Shown: in pieces, positions 52,787-64,000 of the stretch
Position numbering within the stretch: the first letter of the stretch is position 1
How the letters are laid out: each line of letters starts with the position of its first letter
Source of the DNA: Ylistrum balloti
Lineage: Eukaryota
Length of the DNA: 64,000 nt
Direction: 5' to 3'
Assembly (NCBI RefSeq): GCF_031769215.1
Contig: NW_026782198.1
Span: 868,001 to 932,000, forward strand
Translations under genes and position numbers: made by a program
Notes under the pieces: model-generated
What the model saw: the letters and a program-made list of their open reading frames with translations, nothing else
Told to the model about the DNA's origin: nothing
The model's database searches: none

Positions 52787-55700
52787 GTAAATATTTTATT
52801 CATTATAAGGGATTATTCGATCTTTGTACTTGCCATTCTAGCGCACATACTAGACACAGGATATTTTTCTTTTATGTCACGTTCAGTAATATTCTTGAAC
52901 AGTGTTTGCTCTTTAAAAATATTTGAGTACGTCTCCAGTTTTGACGAATTAGTGTACAGATGCAGTCAACAAATTTGTAATGATGATAACATTGTTATGA
53001 AGTTGTGAAACAGAAAGATTCATTATAGATAAATCATATTATCGTAATCAAATCTAGTTATAATAGCATGCAAATTCGTGATTTGTCAACGTCGTAAAAG
53101 AAGGAAAATGTCCGGAGAATGACTTGTCACCTATTTTGACGGAAATGATTTTCACTTTGTAACACTTTCCTTAATATAAACTTATACTTTATTGATGTGT
53201 GCTGCAACTTCTATTCAAATACTTTAGAATTATCTAATGGTTTTCCATTGAATGTCATAATAAATGATTCACTAGTATGACATTTAATCAGTATTTTATA
53301 CTTATTTAACTTTGCATAGACTTGAAATAATGTTTGTAAAAAATATAAATTATATATAAAAGATTAATGAATTATAAATAATCATGTAAAAAATCAAATA
53401 GCATTTAGGTGTATGGGAGTTAAAGCCTGATCTGATTCTATAGTATTTTTTTTCTTTTTTTTTTGTGCATGTAAATTGAATAAATATACTGAATGCAAGA
53501 TAACATTTAGAGGAATAAATTGATATATATGTGAAAAAAAGTTTCTGAAATCAATGTCTTTTATTTTAATTCCTTTTGCTATTATTTAAAGGTAAAATTA
53601 TTGTACTGTGAGTGGGATTTTTAATGGAAAGTAGCTCTATAGTAAGGCCAGTTTAAATAGATGACTTCCTGATTTTTTTCTTAGACATGAGATATTCATA
53701 TTTTTATTTCAACAGATTCAAGTTGCAGGAGATTATGGCTCTGAATTTGAATATGACAGTGAAGCTGACAGAAGAAGGTTGGTGTAAAACTATGACAATT
53801 ACTGGTACATGTACATAATTTTTGGAACATGTACATTTTAAACAATGCATTCATTTTCTTTTCTAATTATGAAATCAATATTTTTGAAGTTATGGTATGG
53901 ATATATACCTTTATGGTACATTTTGTTCTCCAGACACAAAGATGACAATTTAATGAAGAAAAGAAAAAGGACTACAGATGGAAAACCAAAAAGGCGAGAA
54001 GCTGAAACGGAATACAGCAGGTTTGAGATATATGTTTTGTAAACCATTTGTTTTTCATATGATATCTGATCTACCTGATATAAAATCATAAGAACTCCTT
54101 TGAAACATATGTTTGTAAATCTTTATCATTGGAAGATTTCATTTATTTTCTGAGAATATAGGGCAAGATTTTTCACAATTTTATATTTCCTGCTAATATG
54201 GTGCAATGGTAGCTGTAATTCACAAGACATGTGCATTGCCCTTCCCTGAACTTGCATGACTAACCAACGATATAAGCCATCAATAACAGACAACATATAT
54301 ATCAAAGTGCACTTCTATAAAGATTTAAGACATTTTTATCTGTAACTTTTTCTCATGATTTTAACTTTGGATAAAATTTGGTTTTTATAACTTTGTTTTC
54401 AATTGATTATAGGGATATTCCACCCATGTTGCAAAATTTCTGGCTGTCCTGTATTTAAGAAATCATTCTAATTAGTTTTAAAACTATTACATTGTATTTA
54501 CATCAAAATATCTCTCCTGTGGTAAGTTTGAACAGGCGAAATTGGTGGGAACACTCCATGCCAAACTGGCTTAATATAGCACATTAGGAAATCTGGAACA
54601 GAAAGGTCATTAGATCATAGATTTCATGCATAATATTGGGTAAATACACAAGTGTGTATGCTGTTTACTAAATTTTCTGCTGGGTTACACATTCATTAAA
54701 TCATCAGACTTATTTTCTGCTGATTTTATAATTTACACAAACATTCTGTTCTGTTCAGGGCCATGCAGACATTTGTAAATCAATCTAGCTAGGTCTACAA
54801 AGAATTTCCCCAAATTAAATATTGTGTTTGTTTGAATGGTAAATTGAGGTGTATGATTTCCATAAGCATGAAATCTTAACTTGTGTGGCATATCCCTTTA
54901 ACCAAAGATATGATATAATGGTAATGTTATAGGATTAATTATGGCATATGTGTCAATTTGTATGTGCTGAAATGTTACTTGAAGTTATTGATGTGTTGTG
55001 ATAATATTGCTACAATGTAGCTAATCACTGATGTTTTCTTTTCATAGAGAGGAGGCAAAAATACAAAGATTTCACATTGTCAGTATGGACGCTGTATCCT
55101 TCAGTTCAAATGTGGCAATAAAATCTATAGATATATAATTTGACAAAATATTAGATAACTTTAAAAATTGTTTCTGTAACGAAATGAAATTATGTACATG
55201 ATCAAATTGTAAAGATTCACTATGAGAAATTGGAACACACTTAATATATTTATTCAATACCATACTTGTTTTACAGTAAGACCATGTCTGGTAATAAGCC
55301 CACCCATATCTACTGACATGATAGCTTAGTTGGTTAAAGTGTTGGTTTACATAGGTCTGAGGTCAGTGTTTGAAGTTCCATGGTGGTTTATTTTTCTCCA
55401 GAGGCTGAGAAATGGATCAGTCAATGCTGATATGGTTATATCATTGGGCGAGACAATTTACAAAAATTGCTTTTTAGGGTATGCCACAGACCTGTATATT
55501 TTTAATTGACATAGCCACCAGTTACTACAAGAAGATTCCACCTTGAAATGTCCCTGGTTGTTTATGGGGCGATAAACCCAACAAACAAATAAACATAGCT
55601 ACTGCTGTTTAGTACAATAAACCATCAGATGTGTAGGAAAAAGAACATCAGACATGCATCCAGTTGAAATAAAAAGTCTTTTATCTTGAAGGGTTTGAAT

Positions 55701-58700
55701 TAGTTTCTTCGATCTGCGTTTCCTTAACTACTACAGTTTTCCAGACATAAAAAGTTTGTTAATGACTATATGCTGTATTATGGAGGAAAGAAAACAGACT
55801 TCAAAAGGGACACGTAAGATCATTTCAAATTCAATTCTTCTGAAAATATTATGTATTCAGTTGTACTAAAACTTTCAAGTCTCTGTATGCTTCAGATATA
55901 TTGAAGTTTGTGTTTTGAATGACTTTTTGAAGACAGGTGTTAATTGAATAATATCTGTAAATTTCCTAATATCATGTAAAACACATCACATTTGGATTCA
56001 TTAAAAATGTTCAAATATCAATGAAAACGAGAAGAAAAAGTTTTTACTATGAATATTAAAGAAATATTACAAACTGGTAACTGAAAATGAGTTTAACATT
56101 AAAATAGTATAAAAGATGTTACATTTGAAATACAGATAAATTGAGTGCACATGTAATCCTCTCTTGGAATACATCCATTAGAATATGCTGTATATGTTGA
56201 AACAGGTCCCGAGACAAGACAGATATGGATGTGATACGAGAAAACCATCAGTTTTTATGGGAGGAAGACGAAGGGGAAAGTGACGACTCTTGGTAACATT
56301 GATAATTACATAACGAGTACATGCAGTTATACTTAAGTACAAGGAGGGCTTGTAACTTGTCTCTAAAACTTTCTTGGTCACTTCAACAGGAAGGAAACTG
56401 ATTTTAACTAATAACATGCAATGAATGAAATCCATCACATTCATTAAAACAAATTCTTTCTATAGTTTACAAAATCTGTAATTAAAGTTGTTTTCATAAT
56501 TTTTTTTCCTCTACACAACAAATCACAAAGGTTTTATATTTTTTAATTCAGTTATGCTATTTCAGTAATTCTGTCAGTACAAAACAATATTATCGTCTTG
56601 ATGTTTTTCTGTAACCTTCCTTTGAAAATTCATTTTCAGGGAAAGGCGATTGGCCAAGAAATATTTTGATAAACTGTTCAAAGAGTACTGTATCACAGAT
56701 CTCAGCAGATACAAAGAAAACAAGGTGAAGATATAACTAATCTCTTGTCATGTAATCCATCTGTAATGCAATGAATTCGCCAATAAAATATTTTTGCAGG
56801 TACGTCACTAGTGTAATGTAATCTGGAGCATTTTTCATTGGCTGCACCATAAGAAGTGAAAACTCCTCTAAGATCCTATATTTATGAGAGGATTACTTTA
56901 TTTTTCAGTGAATATTTACATGTAATAGTTTTGCATGTTACGCTTGTGTCATCAAATTTGTCATGACATCAGGTTTTGATAATGAAATGATGTCACACAC
57001 TCACAGATTGCATTGATGTAACAAAAGGGACTGTATAGATATAGAGCCAAAATGATTTCAAAGTTGACATAGAAATTGCTGTTTTCTGCAATATATGACT
57101 TGACAATCGACGATGTTATGAAAAGGATATCAAACTTATTTCTGATTGATTAATGATTTATGAAATGATACATACAAATTTTCATCTTAGTTCACCAAAG
57201 ATTCAGAAAAATTTTCTTAGAAACTAATCTCAGATCATTAAATATTATGTGTTAGTATGGTTGTATACATGAACATGTATCACATTTCTTTAGTACAGTT
57301 AAACAATAGATAATTTCACACCTGCCGTGATCATTATCTTTAACCGTTTTGTAATCGCTGAATTATATATAGTGATGTAATTAATTTCATCATGATGGTC
57401 TATTTATTCATATTTTTCTGACAATCTGTTTCATCATGATGGTCTATTTATTCATATTTTTCTGACAATCTGTTTCATCATGATGGTCTATTTATTCATT
57501 TTTTTCTGACAAAGTGTTTCATCATGATGGTCTATTTATTCATTTTTTTCTGACAATCTGTTTCATTAATGATTTTTGAAAAAAAAATCTTTCTTTTTTT
57601 GACATTCTGTTTCATTCAACAGGTTGCCATGAGGTGGCGTACAGAACAAGAAGTCGTTGATGGCAAAGGTAGGGTGTTACCATCATTCCTATTCATATCA
57701 ACCATCCATTGATGTAAATAATGGATTTTTGTATGGTGGAACCAGTTCGAAATTCTTGTACTCTTTCTATTGACTTTGAGTTGATATTTGTATTTTGGTC
57801 ATCTGAGGTCACTGTGATAAGTCATCTGATTCAGAGACAGAATTTGTATATGTAGTCCATCTAGGGTTACTGAAGGTTAAATACGGTAATGTCTTGTTTA
57901 CAACAAAATCAGAACTGTTAATAACTTTAAACAATTGATTCAGTTTCAATTTCATACACGAGCAAATTCATTTCTACTGCCATTTGATTTCTATTTTGTA
58001 TATTATATACTATTGGTTATTAAGTGGTGATTGATAGCTGCTGAGATTTTTGAATCTCATACAAGAGACATGAAAATGTTATGTATTGTTAGATCTGTCT
58101 GTTTGATCTGGCTGGTACCTTTATTTGATATTTGAGGCCAGATGACGTCATGATTAAAATGTTATATTCAATAATGTTTCCGACTTATAACTGCAGAAAA
58201 AAAAGTAACATAATTAAATTGAAGAATAAATTGGAAATGAAACTACTTGACAAGATTTAAATTTGTTTAATTTTCACAAAATTATGTATGAGAAATAGAA
58301 TTTCTTACCTGAGTGTGTTGTTGATTAACTATCTCAGTGTTGTGGTGAAATTCTGTAACATCTGTTTCTCGGCTTAGCCATTACAGAATGTCAGTCAACT
58401 GATCTTGAACACATACAGGTAACAGATTCATTCTGGAGATTTGATGCATAAACTTAAGAATTTGTAGTCTGAGCAGGTCACAATTGAAATCAATGCCTTC
58501 ACTTTAGGGTAATTAATTATTTGAATTATAAATATTTGATCACTCTATGAATTACCCATCAGAAAAGAAAACATGTCAAGAGTGGTATTTCTTACCACAT
58601 AGTACATGTAGTTTAATTTAGACACAGAGCTGTGAGAAATTAGCAAATTTTTGGCAATTCTTTATTATATAATAATTGAAGGTCAGTTTATTTGTGGAAG

Positions 58701-61700
58701 CAGAAAGTGTTGTGAGAAAGAAGGACTGAGGAGCTGGGAGGTAAACTTTGGATATCTGGAGCAAGGTATCAAGAAAAATGCTTTAGTTAAATTAAGTAAG
58801 TAAAGTGTGATGTTTTGAACTCATGTGATGTAACATTAATATAATCACATCATAGTAGTTTACATGGAATGGGACCATTTCAAACTTTTAAACTATTACT
58901 GTAAAACCATTCATTTGCATGGAGGTTTTATTTTTGTTCATTTTGTAAGTACTGTTAATCCATAAATAGATATGTTCACACACTCTTAAGACTAGTGTCA
59001 GCAGATTTATTTAAGTATATATGTATCTACAAAATAGTACTTTTTTGAGAAACCACGAATATTGAGCCCCACAAAAATATGTGATTTTACAGTATCGCTG
59101 GCCAAGGGAGGAATACCAAGACTTTTCTTGCATACTTCACATCTTAGTTTCAATATATTCTAGGGCTCACTTACTTTTTACTCTTCCAATGTTGTCCTTA
59201 GACAATACCAAGTCAACTCCATTTATCTATTCCAGGGTTATATTATGAGCATGTTCTTTTAAACTGTAGGATAATATATATCTCTATTTCAGGTTACAAC
59301 TTCAAGCTTATTAAAAAAAGAAAAAAAACATGTCATGCCCAGACTAATTAAACTATTTGTCACTTTACCAGGGTTGTGTCCAGACTGCTCCTATAAACTT
59401 AACTACCACCACAAGTGAGTATGTTTATTGAAATGGAAAAAGATGAAAGTTACTTGCAGTTTCAAATGTTGCCTGAAAGAATCCCGATGGAGATGGTGCA
59501 GCTATTGAAATTCTCTACTAATATACCACTTAAGCAGTTCTTTGTCCTTCACAAATTAATACTGCGCCCACTTCATGAGCATTTACAAGTGTAACATTTT
59601 CTATTGAATTGAAAATGTTAACTCCAGTTTGCACACATGAACTGCACAATTGAATATGCAAATATTTTGATGTTGATTAAATCACAGGATTTTAGAAAAA
59701 TAATTTGGATATTTGGCTTGTTGATCAATACCTTTCATAGGATTTATAGAGAAAACTCAGGAATTCTTAGAATTTAGTGAACATGTTCTGGAGTTTTTAA
59801 GATTTATGTAAAAAATTTAGGATTTTTTCTTTTTGAATTTTATAGAACCTTCATCATGCTGAAATAAAAACTATATACAGTATCACTTTCCTTGATTTCA
59901 TTTTTATCACTTGATCAGATAATTAAGCACGATTTTGTTTAACAAAATTGCTTAACTAATTAGCTATGTATTTCTGGAGGTAAAAATTGTAACTACATGT
60001 ACTTATATTAAATTTAACTGTTGTCTCCATTATAATATTACAATAAAACTATCAAAATACCTTTTCTTTATCACTTGGCAACTTCAGAAAATATAGTAGG
60101 AGTTCACTTAAAAAATCATACAGGTGTTACATGGGCATATAATTACCTCAGAAAAATTCAAAATTTGTATTAACCTGTAAATTGAAAAATAAAACTGCTG
60201 TATTTATTTATCTTTTTAAAATTTGATTTATTTTGGTTTAAAGGAAAAAAGAAATTCTTCCAAAGAAAAAGAAAGGAAAACATAAAAACAGGGAAGATGA
60301 TGACAATGCCAAACGACACAAGACAGATCATCATCATTCTGAACATGGTGAGAACAAATACTACATCGATTGATACAAAGATTTCATTGTCAGAAACTAA
60401 GAAAAAACATCTTGTGCTGATAGTCAGCTGGATCTTAGCAGAGTTTGTTCATTGGTTGTTAAAAGTTGTATAGGTGCTAATTAAGACTTTTATTGGAACA
60501 GTTTAAAATTAATGATCATTAACAACTGTCATTTGATTACAAATGTAGAACTAAGAAACATTATGATTGATTTCGATTGAAATCCTTTTGAAAATTTTAC
60601 ATCTCTGTAGTCCTGTGCCTGAAAGATAGAATTTAACTTTAAATTTTGTTGACAGTCCAGGTTACATTGTTATTGATCTTGAAATTATGGTATTGAACCT
60701 TTTTACTTTGTTTCTAACATTGTGCTAAAATTTGACAGACAGTCTTTCATTATTTTTCTGACAGTGGATTTCAGTTAAGCCCATTTAGGGTTTAGAAATT
60801 TCTAAAACTTTGATAACAAGGTGCTTTTTTTAAAAAAAATAATTAAAATTAACACAATGTATGAAACAAATGCCCACATTCTTTATATTCTGTTAAACTG
60901 GTGAATTACCTGTGTGTTTTCTATGATAGGGTCCAACAATGAAGCAACAGAATCTCCTGGATGGTCCAGTAACACTGATCAATCCATCTGGTCAGGACCG
61001 GCCAAAATCACAGAGGAGAAATCTAGGTATGTTACAACTTTCATATATTATCTACATGTTACTGGAAACCAATTTTCTTTATAGATGACTAGTGTGGTAC
61101 CTACAATATATCTATAATATTGTTATGTCTTGCGTTTTAAGTCTCAGGTCCTATCTTTATAATTTGTGAAGGTTTGTCGTTTGTCACTTTCTTCAACAAC
61201 TTCATTAATGAGAGGTTTTATTTGTTATGTGAATCAATATATTAAGAAATTTTGATACTCTTTCATGAATGACAAGGACTAAGTCAAGCCCTCTGTAATT
61301 TTCAATAGACAAATATCTAATGATTTTGTATACCTAGTGACATTTACATGTACTATTCTGAGAAAATTATCATGAAATTTTAAACTTTACATCATTAAAA
61401 GTATATTTAGATAATGTATGACCAAGCAATTTGAACGGTAGTCATTATTGTCTTTCACTAATTGTGAATCATGAAGGTTCACTTTACATGTACTAATAGT
61501 AAATTTACATTTCAACATTATTTGTTACATGAACAAATTAACTGCAATTAACACAAGCGCAATATCTGCAGTGTGAAAAGAGCTAAAATAAGATTATCAC
61601 TAAATGTATATGTTTACAGTATTCATGTAAAATGTTAACAGATAATTTATAAAGGCAATTAATATAGATATCGGTTCACTGAATATATTGTGGAAACTTA

Positions 61701-61795
61701 TTACTTCTGAGGTATTACACTGTATATTAATTTCTTACATTTTTTATTGCAGGGAGGAAGAATTTGACGACTATTTCAATGACATGTTTCTATGA
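52760..61795 (+). CDS. FRA10AC1: protein FRA10AC1 homologue, 13 coding exons, 918 nt, 305 aa
   Basis: All 12 introns are GT-AG with consistent phases. The joined protein contains RHKKFVNDYMLYYGG, KTDMDVIRENHQFLW, RLAKKYFDKLFKEYCITDLSRYKENK, GQFICG, LRSWEVNFGYLEQG, NALVKLRLCPDC and the terminal EEEFDDYFNDMFL, all recognisable FRA10AC1 motifs. Confidence 0.96.
53716..53777 (+). CDS. FRA10AC1: FRA10AC1 exon 2
   Basis: aacag|IQVAGDYGSEFEYDSEADRR|gttggt. Confidence 0.85.
53934..54020 (+). CDS. FRA10AC1: FRA10AC1 exon 3
   Basis: ctccag|HKDDNLMKKRKR...EAETEYS|gtttga. Confidence 0.85.
55048..55093 (+). CDS. FRA10AC1: FRA10AC1 exon 4
   Basis: catag|EEAKIQRFHIVSMDA|gtatcctt. Confidence 0.92.
55094..55736 (+). 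other. U12-type (minor spliceosome) GT-AG intron, 643 nt
   Basis: 5' splice site GTATCCTT; branch point TTTCCTTAAC at 55719-55728; no polypyrimidine tract before the CAG at 55734-55736. Confidence 0.93.
55315..55594 (+). mobile_element. CORE-type tRNA-derived SINE inside the U12 intron
   Basis: A box TAGCTTAGTTGG (55322), B-like GTTTGAAGTTCC, core TCATTGGGCGAGACAATTTAC, tail GGGGCGATAAACCCAACAAACAAATAAAC. Confidence 0.8.
55737..55813 (+). CDS. FRA10AC1: FRA10AC1 exon 5
   Basis: FSRHKKFVNDYMLYYGGKKTDFKRD|gtaag. Confidence 0.95.
56206..56292 (+). CDS. FRA10AC1: FRA10AC1 exon 6
   Basis: SRDKTDMDVIRENHQFLWEEDEGESDDS|gtaac. Confidence 0.95.
56640..56724 (+). CDS. FRA10AC1: FRA10AC1 exon 7
   Basis: ERRLAKKYFDKLFKEYCITDLSRYKENK|gtgaag. 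Confidence 0.95.
57385..57570. repeat. 44-bp intronic minisatellite, about 4.3 copies
   Basis: CATGATGGTC recurs at 57391, 57435, 57479 and 57523. Confidence 0.95.
57623..57668 (+). CDS. FRA10AC1: FRA10AC1 exon 8
   Basis: VAMRWRTEQEVVDGK|gtaggg. Confidence 0.95.
58682..58795 (+). CDS. FRA10AC1: FRA10AC1 exon 9
   Basis: QFICGSRKCCEKEGLRSWEVNFGYLEQGIKKNALVKL|gtaagt. Confidence 0.95.
58897..59094. mobile_element. MITE with TACTGTAAAA/TTTTACAGTA ends (TA target site, Tc1/mariner-like)
   Basis: Perfect 10-bp inverted termini enclosing 198 bp in intron 9. Confidence 0.75.
59372..59414 (+). CDS. FRA10AC1: FRA10AC1 exon 10
   Basis: LCPDCSYKLNYHH|gtgagt. Confidence 0.95.
60244..60347 (+). CDS. FRA10AC1: FRA10AC1 exon 11
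   Basis: KKEILPKKKKGKHKNREDDDNAKRHKTDHHHSEH|gtgag. Confidence 0.9.
60930..61026 (+). CDS. FRA10AC1: FRA10AC1 exon 12
   Basis: SNNEATESPGWSSNTDQSIWSGPAKITEEKS|gtatgt. Confidence 0.9.
61753..61795 (+). CDS. FRA10AC1: FRA10AC1 exon 13 (last coding exon)
   Basis: ttgcag|EEEFDDYFNDMFL*. Confidence 0.95.
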
Positions 61796-62190
61796 CAGTG
61801 AAGAATGTTCAAACATCCTTGTGATATTTCAAAACAGTTCGTAACATTTGAACAATGGTAAACGAACTCTAAAACCATAGAACTTTAAAAGAAAAAAGAC
61901 TGCACGACATCCAAAGGATAGAGATTTTATATATAATTAGATCCAGATGTCTTGTGTGTAGCCTTCAAATTAAGTCTAATCAGTAATGCCTTCGGTGACC
62001 TGTCCACTTTCATCACTTCAACATATTTATTTGTCTGCTGATTTTAGCCATTTAATTCAATCCTTTTCTTGCTAAAACCTTAAGAATTGATTGATTGACA
62101 CTTTATTAATTTTGATATACAAATATTGTAAGTAAATGTTTTGAAGTACAAACGACAAAATGGGCAGCGTAAGAAATGTTCTATTTTACA

Positions 62191-62463
62191 GTTGTTTGCT
62201 GGGATTACCTCTTGTGAACAGCCAGGGTCATGTTGTGGCCGAACCTCGTTATAGTAGCTGGTGTATACCACATTGAACAACATAGGGGAGGTTCATCACA
62301 TCCCATCCAGAGTGATTAGGGTAAAGTGTCATGCCTAATAAACATGACCAGCACAGGCAGGTCCGTTTCTCAGAAACAAGCCACTGTAGGTAGAGGGAGT
62401 CTAACAACACATCTCAGGTCTTCACCTGAGGTTATGCAAGCTAATGTTCAACCAACTAGAGTC
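62191..62463 (-). mobile_element. CORE-type tRNA-derived SINE downstream of the FRA10AC1 stop
   Basis: The plus strand shows GGGTAAAGTGTCATGCC (core complement) and TTCAACCAACTAGA (A-box complement); the tail aligns with the copy at 55315. Confidence 0.7.
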
Positions 62464-62674
62464 CTGAACACTAATCAATAATTTTGAACTTCTTTATTTC
62501 ATTTTAATGCACTTCATTCCTCTATTTAATAGGAAAATTACGAAGTTACAGAAATCAAAACAATTAGGAATTGTGCATACGTAGATACTAGATTGTTCCT
62601 TCATATTTCAATATTCAAAAAGCTTACTGCAAGGAGTAAGAAAACAAAAGACAAGTTGGTATGAGATCAAGTTC

Positions 62675-62691
62675 TTTATTGGTAAAATAAA
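62675..62691. terminator. candidate poly(A) signal(s)
   Basis: AATAAA at 62686-62691 on + and TTTATT at 62675-62680 (AATAAA on -). Confidence 0.35.
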
Positions 62692-64000
62692 TACCTGCAT
62701 GATGCAGTTGTTCGAAATGAAGTAATATAGTGTACATAATTATAACACTGTATTTGTTCTTTGCACAATTAAAATGGTCATTGCAATGACTTGTATTTTT
62801 TCAACCTGGTATTGCTCCAAAACGATCTACCAACAACATTTTCTTTGTCATTTAGCACTACCAAAGGAAAGAACAAAGCCTCACCTTCAGAGGATCTCGT
62901 AGATATGAGAGTCGCAAACAAAAACTAGAACTCAAACTGAAACCTCTCATTTTTAGTTCTATATATGAAATTAACCAACATTTTGTGTACCTTTATACAC
63001 TCCTGGAAGGTTGGAGGCACATCGTTCCTAAATGTTGGTGTTCAACTGATTTTCCCATCAGACACTGGCATAGATACCCCTGGTGTACAGAGTCTACACA
63101 AACATGGCAAAAATAGTAGAACAAATGTGTGGACAACAAGTCTGTGTCATCTTATAATCCAGATATAATAAGGCTGATCAGACATCACAAGTTTAAGTTT
63201 TTTTCTTTAAACATTATTTCTACTTTCTTATTCATACTGTCAACCCTTGAGCTCTTTTGCAGTTTAAGATTATTTCATCTCAGCATTTATGAAGTCACTA
63301 TTTCTTGTTTACAATGGTATAAATGATGTCAAAATAAAAAAAAAAAAAAACAACAACTGTTGTTTTGATGATGATCTGCTGAAGATTTGAAGCATGTCAA
63401 TAACTGGCTTTGATTAAAGTTTGATTTTAAGAAGACAATGACATGTTGTCTGTATATTTTTTTAAAATTACACAATAAGAATGTAATAAACCTTTTAAAA
63501 GGACTTGGCATCTTCTAGCTGAGAGGGGGCAGGTCGATCATTAAGTTGGTGTTTTCTTCCATGTTGCCGAATAATTAGTGTAAGTACATTAGTACATTTA
63601 TATACCTATATTAATCTATGAAATCAAAAGTCCACAAAAATCTGATCTTTTGAAAAACCGCAAAAAGTAAGAGAAGTGGATCACGACAACCTACTACAAG
63701 TAACCAGAAATCAAAAAGTTGTCATGATATGTTAACATTGCATGATGCCAGTGTAACTGTAAGCAAATCTACATTTATGTCATCTAAAATGTCAATGTCA
63801 ATTGCTGATTCTGAAGGTGAATGTTATTGTTCCTAAAAACATACCTGAATTTACTATACTCCATTATCTTATCATGTCAGATGAGTATTCTGTACAATTA
63901 TGTAAAATTGTTCAACTTAAAAATTATTTTCAAGATTTAAGAGTAGTGCTAATTACATCTGATAGAAAGCTCTGTGCCACACAAAATTTAATGACAATGA

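Overview
AT-rich eukaryotic (animal) genomic DNA. The repeat content looks like a bivalve mollusc such as Mytilus, which is an inference. The supplied ORF track is mostly noise. One intact protein-coding gene can be assembled by hand: a 13-exon FRA10AC1 homologue on the + strand (52760-61795, 918-nt CDS, 305 aa). Its fourth intron is a textbook U12-type (minor spliceosome) GT-AG intron. The ~52 kb upstream holds no recognisable intact gene, only repeats and decayed sequence. These include at least six 3' fragments of a Penelope-like retroelement whose ORF ends right after the RT, five decayed copies of a repeat carrying a minimal type I hammerhead ribozyme, and four tRNA-derived CORE-type SINEs. 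There are also CR1-like, other LINE and DIRS-like RT relics, TA-flanked MITEs, a 1.6-kb 33-bp minisatellite and several unassigned decayed coding stretches. One of those stretches lines up by eye with the STING ligand-binding domain, which is tentative. All homology calls were made by eye, with no database searches.
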